Source: Dendrobates tinctorius (taxonomy: Eukaryota). Taken from it: DNA of 64,000 nt. Below are positions 26,035 to 39,724 of the stretch, piece after piece; position 1 is the first letter of the stretch, and each line of letters opens with the position of its first letter. The stretch covers positions 17,422,001-17,486,000 of the forward strand of contig NW_027361824.1 in NCBI RefSeq assembly GCF_039654945.1. Reading direction: 5' to 3'. The notes below the pieces were generated by a model. The model was given only the letters and a program-made list of their open reading frames with translations, was not told where the DNA came from and did not search any database. A program made the position numbers and the translations under genes.

Positions 26035-27641
26035 TATATTCTTGTATATAGGGGCAGTATTATAGTAGTTATATTCTTGTACATTGGGGGCAGTATTATA
26101 GTAGTTATATTCCTGTACATAGGAGCAGTATTATAGTAGTTTTATTCTTGTACATAGGGGCAGTATTATAGTAGTTATATTCTTGTACATAGGGGGCAGT
26201 ATTATAGTAGTTATATTCTTGTACATAGGGAGCAGTATTATAGTAGTTATATTCTTGTACATAGGAGCAGTATTATAGTAGTTATATTCTTGTATATAGG
26301 AGCAGTATTATAGTAGTTACATTCTTATACATAGGGGCAGTATTATAGTAGTTATATTCTTGTACATATGAGCAGTATTATAGTAGTTATATTCTTGTAC
26401 ATATGAGCAGTATTATACTAGTTATATTCTTGTACATAGGGAGCAGTATTATAGTAGTTATATTCTTGTACATAGGGGCAGTATTATAGTAGTTATATTC
26501 TTGTATATAGGAGCAGTATTATAGTAGTTACATTCTTATACATAGGGGCAGTATTATAGTAGTTATATTCTTGTACATATGAGCAGTATTATAGTAGTTA
26601 TATTCTTGTACATAGGGGCAGTATTATAGTAGTTATATTCTTGTACATAGGGGCAGTATTATAGTAGTTATATTCTTGTATATAGGAGCAGTATTATAGT
26701 AGTTACATTCTTATACATAGGGGCAGTATTATAGTAGTTATATTCTTGTACATATGAGCAGTATTATACTAGTTATATTCTTGTACATAGGGAGCAGTAT
26801 TATAGTAGTTATATTCTTGTACATAGGGGCAGTATTATAGTAGTTATATTCTTGTATATAGGAGCAGTATTATAGTAGTTACATTCTTATACATAGGGGC
26901 AGTATTATAGTAGTTATATTCTTGTACATATGAGCAGTATTATAGTAGTTATATTCTTGTACATAGGGGCAGTATTATAGTAGTTATATTCTTGTGCATA
27001 GGAGCAGTATTATAGTAGTTTTATTCTTGTACATAGGGGCAGTATTATAGTAGTTTTATTCTTGTACATAGGGGCAGTATTATAGCAGTTACATTTTTAC
27101 ATTCTTCATATACTTTTGTACACATGGATCCTGTCATTACCTATTATATTACAGTACATGTTTGCTATAAGAATGTTCCCTGTGAAGCTGATGTCGCTCC
27201 ATATTGTGGCTGGTGTGACTTTTTCATTGCAGGGTGATGTGACAGTAACTTACCATATTGGGGTTATCAGTGTTGACTTTCTCTGCTCGTGTAATTGGAC
27301 GTCTCGGGAGCCAGGTGCACGTGGGCGACTATTACTGTCAAGGGGCCGTTACACACAGCGAGGGGCCGTGCACTGGGGTTGTATGGCCGTGTGGATAATC
27401 AGCATTATCATTGTGTCGCTGCCAGCAAACAAACCGGACGAAAATAGATTTCTGCATAAACACGGCTGGCGTTATATAATCCTGGGTTAATGTCAGACTT
27501 GTGTTCTGCACGTCCGAGCGTCGTGTCAACACCGCGGCGCTGTTACTACATTATAACATGCAATGTATTTACCGGTGATTATATATTAAAGGGACGGGGT
27601 CAGGGAGGTCAGAGAAGCTCATTCATTATACACAGATTCCG

Positions 27642-28046
27642 GTTGCTAGGTTACTGTGACAACCTTATATGCAAGCCTATGGTTGTTAGGCAATGTTCCC
27701 CTAGCAACCAAACTGTGAGATCGCGGTAGCTCTATCGGATTTGTGAAGGGAGCGCCATCGCTGCCGGAGCCAGGGTTGTCAAGAGGAGAACATTGAGGAT
27801 GTGAAATAAGCAGGAAAATAGTCAAAAAAAGGGGCAGAACTGGGTGATAATCAACAGGTATCTGACCATAAGGAATCAAAGTATCAGGCAAGACCTGGTG
27901 GCAGGACGCGTCCCCATTAAGTAGGCCCCTAGGCCCAACATCAAGCCTAGGTGCTGGTTCTCTTAGCAACCTGATGCCACCCTGGATCCAAACCAGGTGG
28001 GCCGCAGTCACAGCAAAGGAGGCGAAGCATCCGGTTGCCTAGCAAC
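27642..28046. promoter_or_regulatory. Cluster of RFX X-box motifs (candidate enhancer or promoter)
   Basis: GTTGCTAGGTTAC, GTTACTGTGACAAC, GTTGTTAGGCAAT, GTTCCCCTAGCAAC, GTTCTCTTAGCAAC, GTTGCCTAGCAAC. Confidence 0.5.
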
Positions 28047-28357
28047 CTGACAATGTTTTTGGCAGGAGCCCCTTGATGTAACTTAGGAAGTTCCCATTGA
28101 AGGACAGCTTCGGCCTTATGTAGAGCGTTTTGGCGACAAAGTCCCAGTGGGTCCCACTTCACTTTCGATTTTTCCTCCACATTTTCCAAAAACGACATTT
28201 TTTTGGGTCAGTGTATGAAGACTTGTTGTTTGGGGTACGAGCAGTAGATTTTATTGGTACCCTTATTCTATCCACATGAAACAGCAATTCTGCCATGTTG
28301 GATTTTTTTTCTTTTATCAATTATAATATTATATTAATTTGACATGAATTCCAAATA

Positions 28358-29553
28358 CAGTGCTCAAAAAAAATAAAGGGAAGACTTTAACTTGGAATTA
28401 TATTCTGTTTATCAAGCTTCTGTGAAATCAAACGGTCCACCAAGGAAGCAACACTGATTGACAATCAATTTCACATGCTGTTGTGCAAATGGAATAGACA
28501 ACAGATGGAAATTATTGGCAATTATCAAGACACCCTCAATAAAGGAGTGGTTCTGCAGGTGGGGACCACAGACCACATCTCAGTACCAATGCTTTCTGAC
28601 TGATGTTTTGGTCACCTTTGAATGTTGGTTGTGCTTTCACACTCGTGGTAGAATGAGATGGACTCTACAGCAGAACGCTTGGCATTTGCCACAGAACACC
28701 AGGATTGGCAGATTCACCACTGGCGCCCTGTGCTCTTCACAGATGAAAGCAGGTTCACACTGAGCACATGTGACAGACGTGACAGAGTCTGGAGACGCCG
28801 TGGAGAGCGATCTGCTGCCTGCAACATCCTTCAGCATGACCGGTTTGGCAGTGGGTCAGTAATGGTGTGGGATGGCATTTCTTTGGAGGGCCTGCACGGT
28901 GTTGGGCTGTGAGCACAACCCCCATCTGTGGACGTCGAGCACTCAGACCATCCTCATGGAGTCGGTATCTAACAGTTTGTGCAGACACATGCACATTTGT
29001 GGCCTGCTGGAGGTCATTTTGCAGGGCTCTGGCAGTGCTCCTCCTGTTCCTCCTTGCACAAAGGCGGAGGTACTAGTCCTGCTGCTGGGTTGTTGCCCTC
29101 CTACGGCACCCTCCACGTCTCCTGGTGTACTGGCCTGTCTCCTGGTAGCGCCTCCTGCCTCTGGACACTACGCTGACAGACACAGTAGACCTTCTTGCCA
29201 CAGCTCGCATTGACGTGCCATCCTGGATGAGCTGAGCCACTTGTGTGGGTTGTAGAGTCCGTCTCATGCTACCACCAGCGTGAAAGCACAACCAACATTC
29301 AAAAGTGATCAAAACATCAGCCAGAAAGCATTGGTACTGAGATGTGGTCTGTGGTCCCCACCTGCAGAACCACTCCTTTATTGAGGGTGTCTTGACAATT
29401 GCCAATAATTTCCATCTGTTGTCTATTCCATGTGCACAACAGCATGTGAAATTGATTGTCAATCAGTGTTGCTTCCTAAGTGGACAGTTTGATGTCACAG
29501 AAGTTTGATTTACTTGGAGTTATATTCTGTTGTTCCCTTTGTTTTTTTGAGCA

Positions 29554-29556
<3 letters not shown>
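28358..29556. mobile_element. Non-autonomous fold-back Tc1 derivative (second family)
   Basis: Ends CAGTGCTCAAAAAAAATAAAGGGAA / TTCCCTTTGTTTTTTTGAGCAGT; ~300-bp inverted arms; transposase fragments on both strands (VLFTDESRF on +, N-terminus on -). Confidence 0.85.
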
Positions 29557-29601
<45 letters not shown>

Positions 29602-30238
29602 GTAATTTTTTTTATTATATTCTGGGAAAAAAGGGTGATGTAAACTTTTCTAGTTTTTAAATATATATATTTTTTTATAGTTTTCTAGGGGATTTTAATC
29701 TGTAAACTTGATTGCGAGTAAAATACACTACAACATTGTAATATTGTGGTGATGAGTAAATTTATGATATCCTAGGAAATCCAGCTACAATCTGGGATTT
29801 ATAAGTGCAAAGACATGGGGGCCTTCAGACGGCTGCCGGCCACCATGACAATGCCATCAGCAATCATGTTCAGGGGGCCAATAAGCATCAGAAGGGGCAT
29901 CGTCCCCTATTTCTATCCTCTTAAATATTTTTTTTTTACAAATTGACAACTGCATCTAAAGGGCTAAATTTGGGCGCTGTATCTGCAAGCACCGCGGGCC
30001 TCGGCACTTGCCTGCCCAATTCCCATTCACTGACGTCAAGCAGACACTATGAGAACTGTCCAGAATTAATGGCCCCTTTTCTGCGCTCAACCTTGTTGTA
30101 AAGACTTAGGCCAGATTGTTTGCTAGGGATGTGCTGCCTGACAACCTCATATAAAAGCCTGGTTGTAGGTAGTATAGTATAGAATACAGTATGTTAGTAA
30201 TAAGGCAGAAGTTATAATGAGCGGTCTGTAGCCACCAC

Positions 30239-30396
30239 CTGATGTCTCGCTGGGACATCTCGCTGTACGGCAGGTTCAACTTCACGATGTGATGGCTGAC
30301 AAGGTCTTCAATATTTGCTTTGAAGCCCAATGTCTGCTGAAAACCAGGGTGCACTGACTGTACAAAGTGTCTCATGTCATTCGGCAGCCATAAGAC
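30239..30396 (-). CDS. gdpd4: GDPD4 coding exon 11
   Basis: ttttag|GTC...AG|gt, 158 nt; VLWLPNDMRHFVQSVHPGFQQTLGFKANIEDLVSHHIVKLNLPYSEMSQRDI. Confidence 0.92.
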
Positions 30397-30607
30397 CTAA
30401 AAAAAACATGATAATCAGGACATAAGACAGGTCAGAGGTGATGCGGGCACTTAAGACAAACATCAAGGGGGTGCACACGTACAAAACTGTCTACAATAGG
30501 GTCAGGCTGTGGGGGCCAGATGGTGGCCACTGATGATGCCGTCCTGGTTTTGGACTCTGGTGTTAGGCCCTTCCCATTGTATCCGCCTGCTTACGTCTGT
30601 CACAATA

Positions 30608-31334
30608 AAGTCATGGCAAAAGTGTTGGCACCCTCGAAATTGTTCCACAAAATTAAGTGTTTCTCCCAGAAAATTACTGCACTTACACATGTTTTATTTC
30701 CTTTGTGTGTATTGGAACACCACCAACAACAACAAAAAAAAAAAAACTGGACATCATTTTACGCAAAACCCTAAAAATGGTCCAGACAAAATTGTTGGCT
30801 ACTTTCCAAAATTATGGTTAAACAACTTTGTTTCAAGCATGTGATGCTCATTCAAAACTCACCTGTGGCAAGTAACAGGTGTGGGCAATATGAAAATCAC
30901 ACCTGAAACCAGATAAAATAGGGAGAAGTTGACGCAATATTTGCATTGTGTGTCTGCGTGTGTGTCACACTAAGCATGAAGAACAGAAAAAGGAGAAGAG
31001 AACTGTCTGGGGACCTGAAAAACAAAATTGTTGAAGAATATCAACAATCTCAAGGTTAAGAAGCTTGTGGATGGTTATAGGAAGCGACTGATTGCAATTA
31101 TTTATTCCAAAGGGTGCAACCAAATATTCACCTGAGAGTGCCAACAATTGCATCTGGGCCATTTTTGGGGTTTTATGTGAAATTATATCCAATTTGCATT
31201 TTTTTATTTGTTTTTTTTTTGTGTGGTTCCAAACACACAAATGAAATATTCATGTGCATAACAAAACCAGCAACTGCAATAATTTTCATTTTTTAGAACA
31301 ATTTCAAGGTTGCCAACACTTTTGGCCATGACTG
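30608..31334 (+). mobile_element. Internally deleted Tc1 element (third family)
   Basis: TIR (C)AGTCATGGCAAAAGTGTTGGCA / TGCCAACACTTTTGGCCATGACTG|TA; residual MKNRKRRRELSGDLKNKIVEEYQQSQG joined to a C-terminal LVDGYRKRLIA. Confidence 0.8.
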
Positions 31335-31689
31335 TAGCTAAGAAAATAGACACATGGAGAGCTTGTCATAAACCCCACACATGAATATTCTGATATTAGA
31401 AACCACCAACAAGTATTAAAATGTGACACCCAGTGTGCCACAACAAAAGGGCTGGGTTAAAATCAACAAAAAATAGACTTGAAAAAAATTAACAAATTAT
31501 TAAATAAAAATAAACACCTCCTCCTGCAGTACCACTTTTCACCACCATTAACTACTAGTACTTTACATTGACTCCAATACAACAGCGCCCTCGTACTTTA
31601 AAGGTAAAAATCGAGTATAACTTTAGAAAAGTAATCCCAAATAAACAGCAGGGACATCATTTTATTTATTGAGAAAAGCTCTGCAACAT

Positions 31690-31790
31690 TTCTGGGATGA
31701 TTTAGCGAATCCTGCTTTGAGCAGGGGGTTGGACCAGATGGCCCAGGAGGTCCCTTCCAACTCTACGATTCTATGATTCTATGATTCTAT
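31690..31790 (+). mobile_element. CR1 LINE 3'-UTR fragment
   Basis: GGTCCCTTCCAAC followed by an (ATTCTATG)n tail; nearly identical to ~34652-34745. Confidence 0.85.
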
Positions 31791-31876
31791 TTTAGAGCAT
31801 AATTGCTACTATCCCTTTAAGATCATATACTAGTACCCTATCATACAGTATAGAATCATTTTTTACGACTATTTAC

Positions 31877-32098
31877 CAGTTTTGGATCAATAGCAGCTTC
31901 ATTGATGACTTCCAATGTCCGGTTAATCCAAGTTTCTCGATAGGGATGATCCTGCGGAGGGCGATAGAGGTCAAAGATAACCGTCTTATTGGCGCGGTCG
32001 GCGAGTTTTAGGAAATCTACCAGTTTGTAAATGGTCTGGTTCATGGCCGTCTGCTGGTCTTCATTAGAAAAGGATCCCATATAGGAAAATGGTGGTTT
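31877..32098 (-). CDS. gdpd4: GDPD4 coding exon 10
   Basis: cccag|AAA...CTG|gt, 222 nt; KPPFSYMGSFSNEDQQTAMNQTIYKLVDFLKLA...HPYRETWINRTLEVINEAAIDPKL. Confidence 0.93.
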
Positions 32099-32646
32099 CT
32101 GGGGATTAAGAAGGTGTGAATTAAAGGAAACTCACTTCTTCAAGGCAAATAAAACATTACTGTATTGCAATAAAGTACCATCATATTCCAGAGTGCTTAA
32201 AAGTAAAAAGAGAAAATCGCCACTATGAGCTCCTGATATGTCACCATAATGGGTCAGGATAAAAAAAACAGTAGCATTCCCCTTTAAATTACAATCACTG
32301 TAATGTTCATAGAAGTTAATGTAGAAAGCCGAGCATGCTCAGCCACCTCCCCACTCACTGCGGCGTGCGACAGAGCTCTGTTCTCAACATTACATCCGTA
32401 AACTTATATCCTTCTGATAACACAGAAAAGTCCGAGATGCAAATTCCCTTCTACATTTCCCACCCTCTAAAGCTTATGAGATGACTCCGCTCATTCTGTC
32501 CAAGTCTATACAACAAAGCTGAAAAGTGAGTTGCAGGAAACAAGAAATAACGGAATAATTTTTGCCAACAGCTTGAATCATAATTTACCATATTAGCCTT
32601 TAAATGAGCCTGGCACAGCCGTATATACACGGGACATTGTCATTAC

Positions 32647-32797
32647 CTGTATGAACCACTTCCCAGCATTTAGATTCTCCAGCATATCCCAAGGTAAGTA
32701 GGCAGCATTGATTTTAGTCAGGTTGGGAAACACAACCTCCACATTTGTTGTTCTCTTTAAAGTGCTGTCGTGCATTAGAAAAGGAACGCCGTCGGAA
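32647..32797 (-). CDS. gdpd4: GDPD4 coding exon 9 (catalytic His, LMHD)
   Basis: ccag|T TCC...CAG|gt, 151 nt; SDGVPFLMHDSTLKRTTNV...LNAGKWFIQ. Confidence 0.95.
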
Positions 32798-33126
32798 CTG
32801 GAAGGTAAGAACGTTACACTGCTTAACAGTAAATATGGGATTATTCGCCGACCATATGCACTGAGCACTGGACAAAAGCTACGAGTGCAGCACCGACCAA
32901 TTATACATTGACAATGACGGACTTGTTAGGGATAAGGAATGTGGCGTAAATCAGCTCAGTGCCAAAATCTACACCAAGAATAGTGTTACTGAATAAAAAC
33001 CATGAACTGTGGAACCAAAACACAAGCACCAGAAACAGTCTGACGATAATTAGCTGATATTATCTAACAAAGAACAAGCATTGAATAATAACAGCTATCC
33101 TGACCTAAGCAATGACAGATTCCTGC

Positions 33127-36100
33127 AATAATACTGCCCCTATGTACAAGAATATAACTACTATAATACTGCTCCTATGTACAAGAATATAACTACTATA
33201 ATACTGCCCCCTATGTACAAGAATATAACTACTATAATACTGCCCCCTATGTACAAGAATATAACTACTATAATACTGCCCCTATATACAAGAATATAAC
33301 TACTATAACACTGCCCCTATGTACAAGAATATAACTATTATAATACTGCTCCTATGTAGAAGAATATAACTACCATAATACTGCCCCCTATGTACAAGAA
33401 TATAACTACCATAATACTGCCCCCTATGTACAAGAATATAACTACTATAATACTGCTCCCTATGTACAAGAATATAACTACTATAATGCTGCCCCTATGT
33501 ACAAGAATATAACTACTATAATACTGCCCCCTATGTACAAGGATATAACTACTATAATACTGCCCCCTATGTACAAGGATATAACTACTATAATACTGCT
33601 CCTATGTACAAGAATATAACTACTATAATACTGCTCCCTATGTACAAGAATATAACTACTATAATGCTGCCCCTATGTACAAGAATATAACTACTATAAT
33701 ACTGCCCCCTATGTACAAGGATATAACTACTATAATACTGCCCCTATGTACAAGGATATAACTACTATAATACTGCCCCCTATGTACAAGAATATAACTA
33801 CTATAATACTGCTCCTATGTACAAGAATATAACTACTATCATACTGCCCCTATGTACAAGAATATAACTACTATAATACTGCTCCCTATGTACAAGAATA
33901 TAACTACTATAATACTGCTCCTATGTACAAGAATAGAACTACTATAATACTGCTCCCTATGTACAAGAATATAACTACTATAATACTGTCCCCTATGTAC
34001 AAGAATATATCTACTATAATACTGCCCCTATGTACAAGAATATAACTACTATAATACTGCCCCTATGTACAAGAATATAACTACTATAATACTGCTCCTA
34101 TGTACAAGAATAGAACTACTATAATACTGCCCCCTACATACAAGAATATAACTACTATAATACTGCCCGCTACGTACAAGAATATAACTACTATAATACT
34201 GCCCCTATGTACAAGAATATAACTACTATAATACTGCCCCCTATGTACAAGAATATAACTACTATAATACTGCCCCCTACGTACAAGAATATAACTGGAG
34301 CAAGTTCAGAAAAGAGCGACCAGAATGGTGACCGGTCTGCAAACCCTGTCTTATGAGGAAAGGTTGCAGGATTTGGGAATGTTTAGTTTGCAAAAGAGAA
34401 GACTGAGAGGAGACTTAATAGCTGTCTACAAATATCTAAAGGGCTGTCACATTGTAGAAGGATCAACTTTATTCTCATTTGCACAAGGAAAGACTAGAAG
34501 CAATGGGATGAAACTGAATGGGAGGAGACAGATTAGATATTAGAAAAAACTTTTTGACAGTTAGAGTGATCAATGAATGGAACAAGCTGCCACGAGAAGT
34601 GGTGAGTTCTCCTTCAATGGAAGTGTTCAAACAGAGGCTGGACAGACATCTGACTGGGATGATTTAGCGAATCCTGCTTTGAGCAGGGGGTTGGACCAGA
34701 TGGCCCAGGAGGTCCCTTCCAACTCTGCGATTCTATGATTCTATGAACTACTATAATACTGCCCCCTATGTACAAGAATATAACTACTATAATACTGCCC
34801 CCTACGTACAAGAATATAACTACTATAATACTGCCCCTATGTACAAAAATATAACTACTATAATACTGCCCCCTATGTAAAAGAATATAACTATTATAAT
34901 ACTGCCCCCTATGTACAAGAATATAACTACTATAATACTGCCCCTATGTACAAGAATATAACTACTATAATACTGCCCCCTATGTACAAGAATATAACTA
35001 CTATAATACTGCCCCTATGTACAAGAATATAACTACTATAATACTGTCCCTATGTAAAAGAATATAACTATTATAATACTGCCCCCTATGTACAAGAATA
35101 TAACTACTATAATACTGCCCCTATGTACAAGAATATAACTACTATAATACTGCTCCTATTACAAGAATATAACTACTATAATACTGCCCCTATATACAAG
35201 AATATAACTACTATAATACTGCTCCTATTACAAGAATATAACTACTATAATACTGCCCCTATGTACAAGAATATAACTACTATAATACTGCCCCTATATA
35301 CAAGAATATAACTACTATAATACTGCTCCTATGTACAAGAATATAACTACTATAATACTGCCCCTATGTACAAGAATATAACTACTATAATACTGCTCCT
35401 ATTACAAGAATATAACTATTATAATACTGCCCCCTATGTACAAGAATATAACTACTATAATACTGCCTCCTATATACAAGAATATAACTACTATAATACT
35501 GCTCCTATGTACAAGAATATAACTACTATAATACTGCCCCCTATGTACAAGAATATAACTACTATAATACTGCTCCCTATGTACAAGAATATAACTACTA
35601 TAATGCTGCCCCTATGTACAAGAATATAACTACTATAATACTGTCCCTATGTACTAGAATATAACTACTATAATACTGCTCCTATGTACAAGAATATAAC
35701 TACTATAATACTGCTCCTTATGTACAAGAATATAACTACTATAATGCTGCCCCTATGTACAAGAATATAACTACTATAATACTGTCCCTATGTACAAGAA
35801 TATAACTACTATAATACTGCTCCTATGTACAAGAATATAACTACTATAATACTGCCCCTATATACAAGAATATAACTACTATAATACTGCTCCTATGTAC
35901 AAGAATATAACTACTATAATACTGCCCCTATGTACAAGAATATAACTACTATAATACTGCTCCTATTACAAGAATATAACTATTATAATACTGCCTCCTA
36001 TATACAAGAATATAACTACTATAATACTGCCCCCTATGTACAAGAATATAACTACTATAATACTGCCCCTGTGTACAAGAATATAACTGCTATAATACTG

Positions 36101-37190
36101 CCTCCTATATACAAGAATATAACTACTATAATACTGCTCCTATGTACAAGAATATAACTACTATAATACTGCTCCTATATACAAGAATATAACTACTATA
36201 ATACTGCCCCTATGTACAAGAATATAACTACTATAATACTGCCCCCTATGTACAAGAATATAACTACTATAATACTGCTCCTATGTACAGGAATATAACT
36301 ACTATAATACCGCCCCCTATGTACAAGAATATAACTACTATAATACCACCCCTATGTACAAGAATATAACTACTATAATACTGCTCCTATGTACAGGAAT
36401 ATAACTACTATAATACTGCCCCCTATGTACAAGAATATAACTACTATAATACTGCTCCCTATGTACAAGAATATAACTACTATAATACTGCTCCTATGTA
36501 CAGGAATATAACTACTATAATACTGCCCCCTATGTACAAGAATATAACTACTATAATACTGCTCCTATGTACAGGAATATAACTACTATAATACTGCCCC
36601 CTATGTACAAGAATATAACTACTATAATACTGCTCCTATTACAAGAATATAACTATTATAATACTGCCCCCTATGTACAAGAATATAACTACTATAATAC
36701 TGCTCCCTATGTACAAGAATATAACTACTATAATACTGCTCCCTATGTACAAGAATATAACTACTATAATGCTGCCCCTATGTACAAGAATATAACTACT
36801 ATAATACTGCTCCTATGTACAAGAATATAACTACTATAATACTGCCCCTATGTACAAGAATATAACTACTATAATACTGCTCCTATTACAAGAATATAAC
36901 TATTATAATACTGCCCCCTATGTACAAGAATATAACTACTATAATACTGCTCCCTATGTACAAGAATATAACTACTATAATGCTGCCCCTATGTACAAGA
37001 ATATAACTACTATAATACTGCTCCTATGTACAAGAATATAACTACTATAATACTGCTCCTATGTACAAGAATATAACTACTATAATGCTGCCCCTATGTA
37101 CAAGAATATAACTACTATAATACTGCCCCTATGTATAAGAATATAACTACTATAATACTGCTCCTATGTACAAGAATATAACTACTATAA
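33127..37190 (-). repeat. 35-37-bp minisatellite, inverted relative to 19213-27095
   Basis: Unit AATACTGCCCCTATGTACAAGAATATAACTACTAT. Confidence 0.97.
34297..34745 (+). mobile_element. 5'-truncated CR1 LINE inserted in the minisatellite
   Basis: LSYEERLQDLGMFSLQKRRLRGDLIAVYKYLKG (CR1 ORF2 C-terminus) plus an ATTCTATG tail. Confidence 0.92.
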
Positions 37191-37752
37191 GGCTGTGTGC
37201 CCACGTAGCGATTTTTAAGCTTTTTTGCCGCGATTTTCGGCACGAAAACGCTTAAAAATCGTGTACAGAACGCCCCCATGCATTCCTATGGTATTCCGCA
37301 CATGCTGTGCTAATGCTGCGCTTTTTTCCGCAGCGGAATCGCATCGCGGAAAAAATCGCAGCATGCCCATTCTTTTGTGCGGAATCGCAAAGAATTGCCG
37401 CGATTGCGCACCCATAGGAATGCATGAGAATCGCTGACTTCCCGCATGTGGCTATGCCCACCATGCGGGAAGTTAAGCGTCTCATGTGCGGTTGGTGCCC
37501 ACGGTGTGGAGGAGAGGAGACTGTCCTCCAGGCCCTGGGTACCATACCTTGTAAAAAAAAAAGAATAAAAAATAAAAAATCGGGGTATATTTACCTTCCG
37601 GTGTCACGCGCTGCCATCCTGGGCCACAGCGTTCCCAGTAATGCCTTGCGGCAAGGTCCTGTAATGACGAGGTCTCGTGAGATCGCTATAGTAACGCGAG
37701 ACTACGTCATCACAGGTCTCGCAAGGCATCGCTGGGAATGGGAGCTCCGCTG
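37191..37752 (+). mobile_element. Truncated PIF/Harbinger-type MITE
   Basis: TAA|GGCTGTGTGCCCACG start; CpG-rich internal palindromic repeats; right end not found. Confidence 0.55.
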
Positions 37753-37828
37753 AGATTGTAAAAACCGCTCCATCATTTTTATTACCTGCATGATTTGATC
37801 TATATTTGTGACATTTTTCCTGTCTCTT

Positions 37829-38600
37829 TCAGCATCTCTGCTCTTTGTTACTGATTACGTCCTCAGCCCTATCTAGCATCCACTTGGAGTAACCCCTTCC
37901 TGTCAGTCTGACACGCGTCTCATCTTTCACTTTTTCAAAAGTTTCATGTAAAGATGAATTCCTCTTGAACCTATACAGCTCTCCAAGGGGGACGTTCTTA
38001 ATGACATTCTTTTGGTGACAGGACTGTGCCAATAGGGTGGAGTTTGTGGCTGGACTTTTACGGTAGGGGGACACTAGGATTCTATTTGTGGAATCCAAAC
38101 TGAGCGTCACATCCAGAAAATGAATGGAGCTGGTTCCAATGGAATGGGTAAATCTCAGATTCATTCCATTATCACTACAATGTTGAATAAATTCTGACGC
38201 GGATTCCACCGTCCCGTCCCACACCAGGAGGAGGTCATCCATATAACGACCCATCCACCTGATGTGAGCGGAAAGGGGATCCGCGCCAGAAAAAACTAAA
38301 TCCTGCTCCCAGGCTGCCAAATAGAACTTTGCCAGCGATGGCGAGAACCCTGCACCCATCGGTGTTCCACGGAACCTGCAAATAAAAATTTTTGTTGAAT
38401 GAAAAATAATTGTACTTAAGTAGGAACTCTACCCCCATCACTATAAACTCCTGAATTGATTTTTTATAGTTACTAAATTTATTCAAGTGATTGGATAGAA
38501 TCCTTAAAGACAGGTCGTGGAGCAGCGAAGGACACAGGGCCTCAACATCGCAAGCAATAAACATACAATTTTCAGACAGTTTGAAACCATCAAGCGATGA
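37829..38600 (-). pseudogene. Penelope-like element reverse-transcriptase fragment (frameshifted)
   Basis: DVEAL, NYFSF..FYLQ, MGAGFSPSLA, RYMDDLLLVW, IHFLDV, YRK..TNSTL..SCH and P.GELYRFKRNSS are PLE-type RT motifs. Confidence 0.8.
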
Positions 38601-39724
38601 AATAAGATGTCTACAATCGCTCTATTTTCTGCACAGATTCTTCCTCCAGATATAGATATGTGTATCATAGATAATCCGTACAGGGGGGGGCGGGGGTCAC
38701 TGAGACCATTTTGCTCTCAAGTTGTCGCTGCTCATTCTTCTCCTTTTTCACATGGAGATTGTGGCGCTGTAGAGGGGGGCACGGCGTCTCCTCTATCAGG
38801 CCGGGGAATTACTCACTGGACCATTTCCCATTAGTTCATTTACAGATAAATCCTACCCCGCAAGTAATCGGGTCCACAGATCTGTAGACACCACTGTGCA
38901 AAGCTTTTATCTCCCCAGACATCTAATGTAACAATCTCTCTGTTGATTCCATTCATCATAATACCGCCATCTCATTCTTCCAAACCCCTGGAAGGCACAG
39001 GACAGGATTGCAACTGTGCTAGTGATATGAGATGGGCAATTGCAACAATCAGGCATTATTAGCATATTCTGTTGATATGATGTAAATGTTTACGATGGGT
39101 ACAACCCTTTACCCGTTTAATACATGGGCACTGTATGGCGGTGTTATTTCGACACTGAAGTGAAAGTTTCTATTGCCGGTATTTTGTGGGAAATATTTGG
39201 CGGTGCTACATGGTAGTTTACATGGTGGCATCATATGTATGCTATATGGAGGTTTTATTTGGAGTTCTATGGCAGTATGGTATAGGCATTGTATGGAGGT
39301 TTTATTTGGCATTGTATGGCAGCATTTGGGTATAAAGATTTTAATAAATTGTGGGTCTATATTAGTTTAAGGGATCTGGTCTGTATTATTTTAGGGGGTC
39401 TGGTCTGTGGTCTGTATTATTGTAGAGGTCCATCCTGAGTCTGTTTTAGTATTAGGGCTCTCTTCTGGGGTCTGTATTAGTATAGGGGTCTGGTCTCGGG
39501 TCTGTATTAGTATGGGGGTCTGGTCTGGGGTCTGTATTAGTATGGGGGTCTGGTCTGGGATTCTATTAGTTTACACGGTCTGATCTGGAGTCTGTATTTG
39601 TTCAGGGGGTATTGTCTGAGTTTTGTATTTATTTTGGGGTCTGCATCAGTCTAGGGGGTCGCGTGTGAATTCCTTATTAATTTAAAGGGCTTCGTCTGGG
39701 AGTTTTCTATTAGTTTAGGTCATA

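Larger units (their letters stand above)
19213..27095 (+). repeat. 35-37-bp AT-rich minisatellite, interrupted by a Tc1 element
   Basis: Unit ATAGGAGCAGTATTATAGTAGTTATATTCTTGTAC. Confidence 0.97.

Noticed and set aside
19213-27095. CRISPR-like regular 35-bp repeats
   Set aside because: Head-to-tail units with no unique spacers, no cas genes, and a eukaryotic intron context
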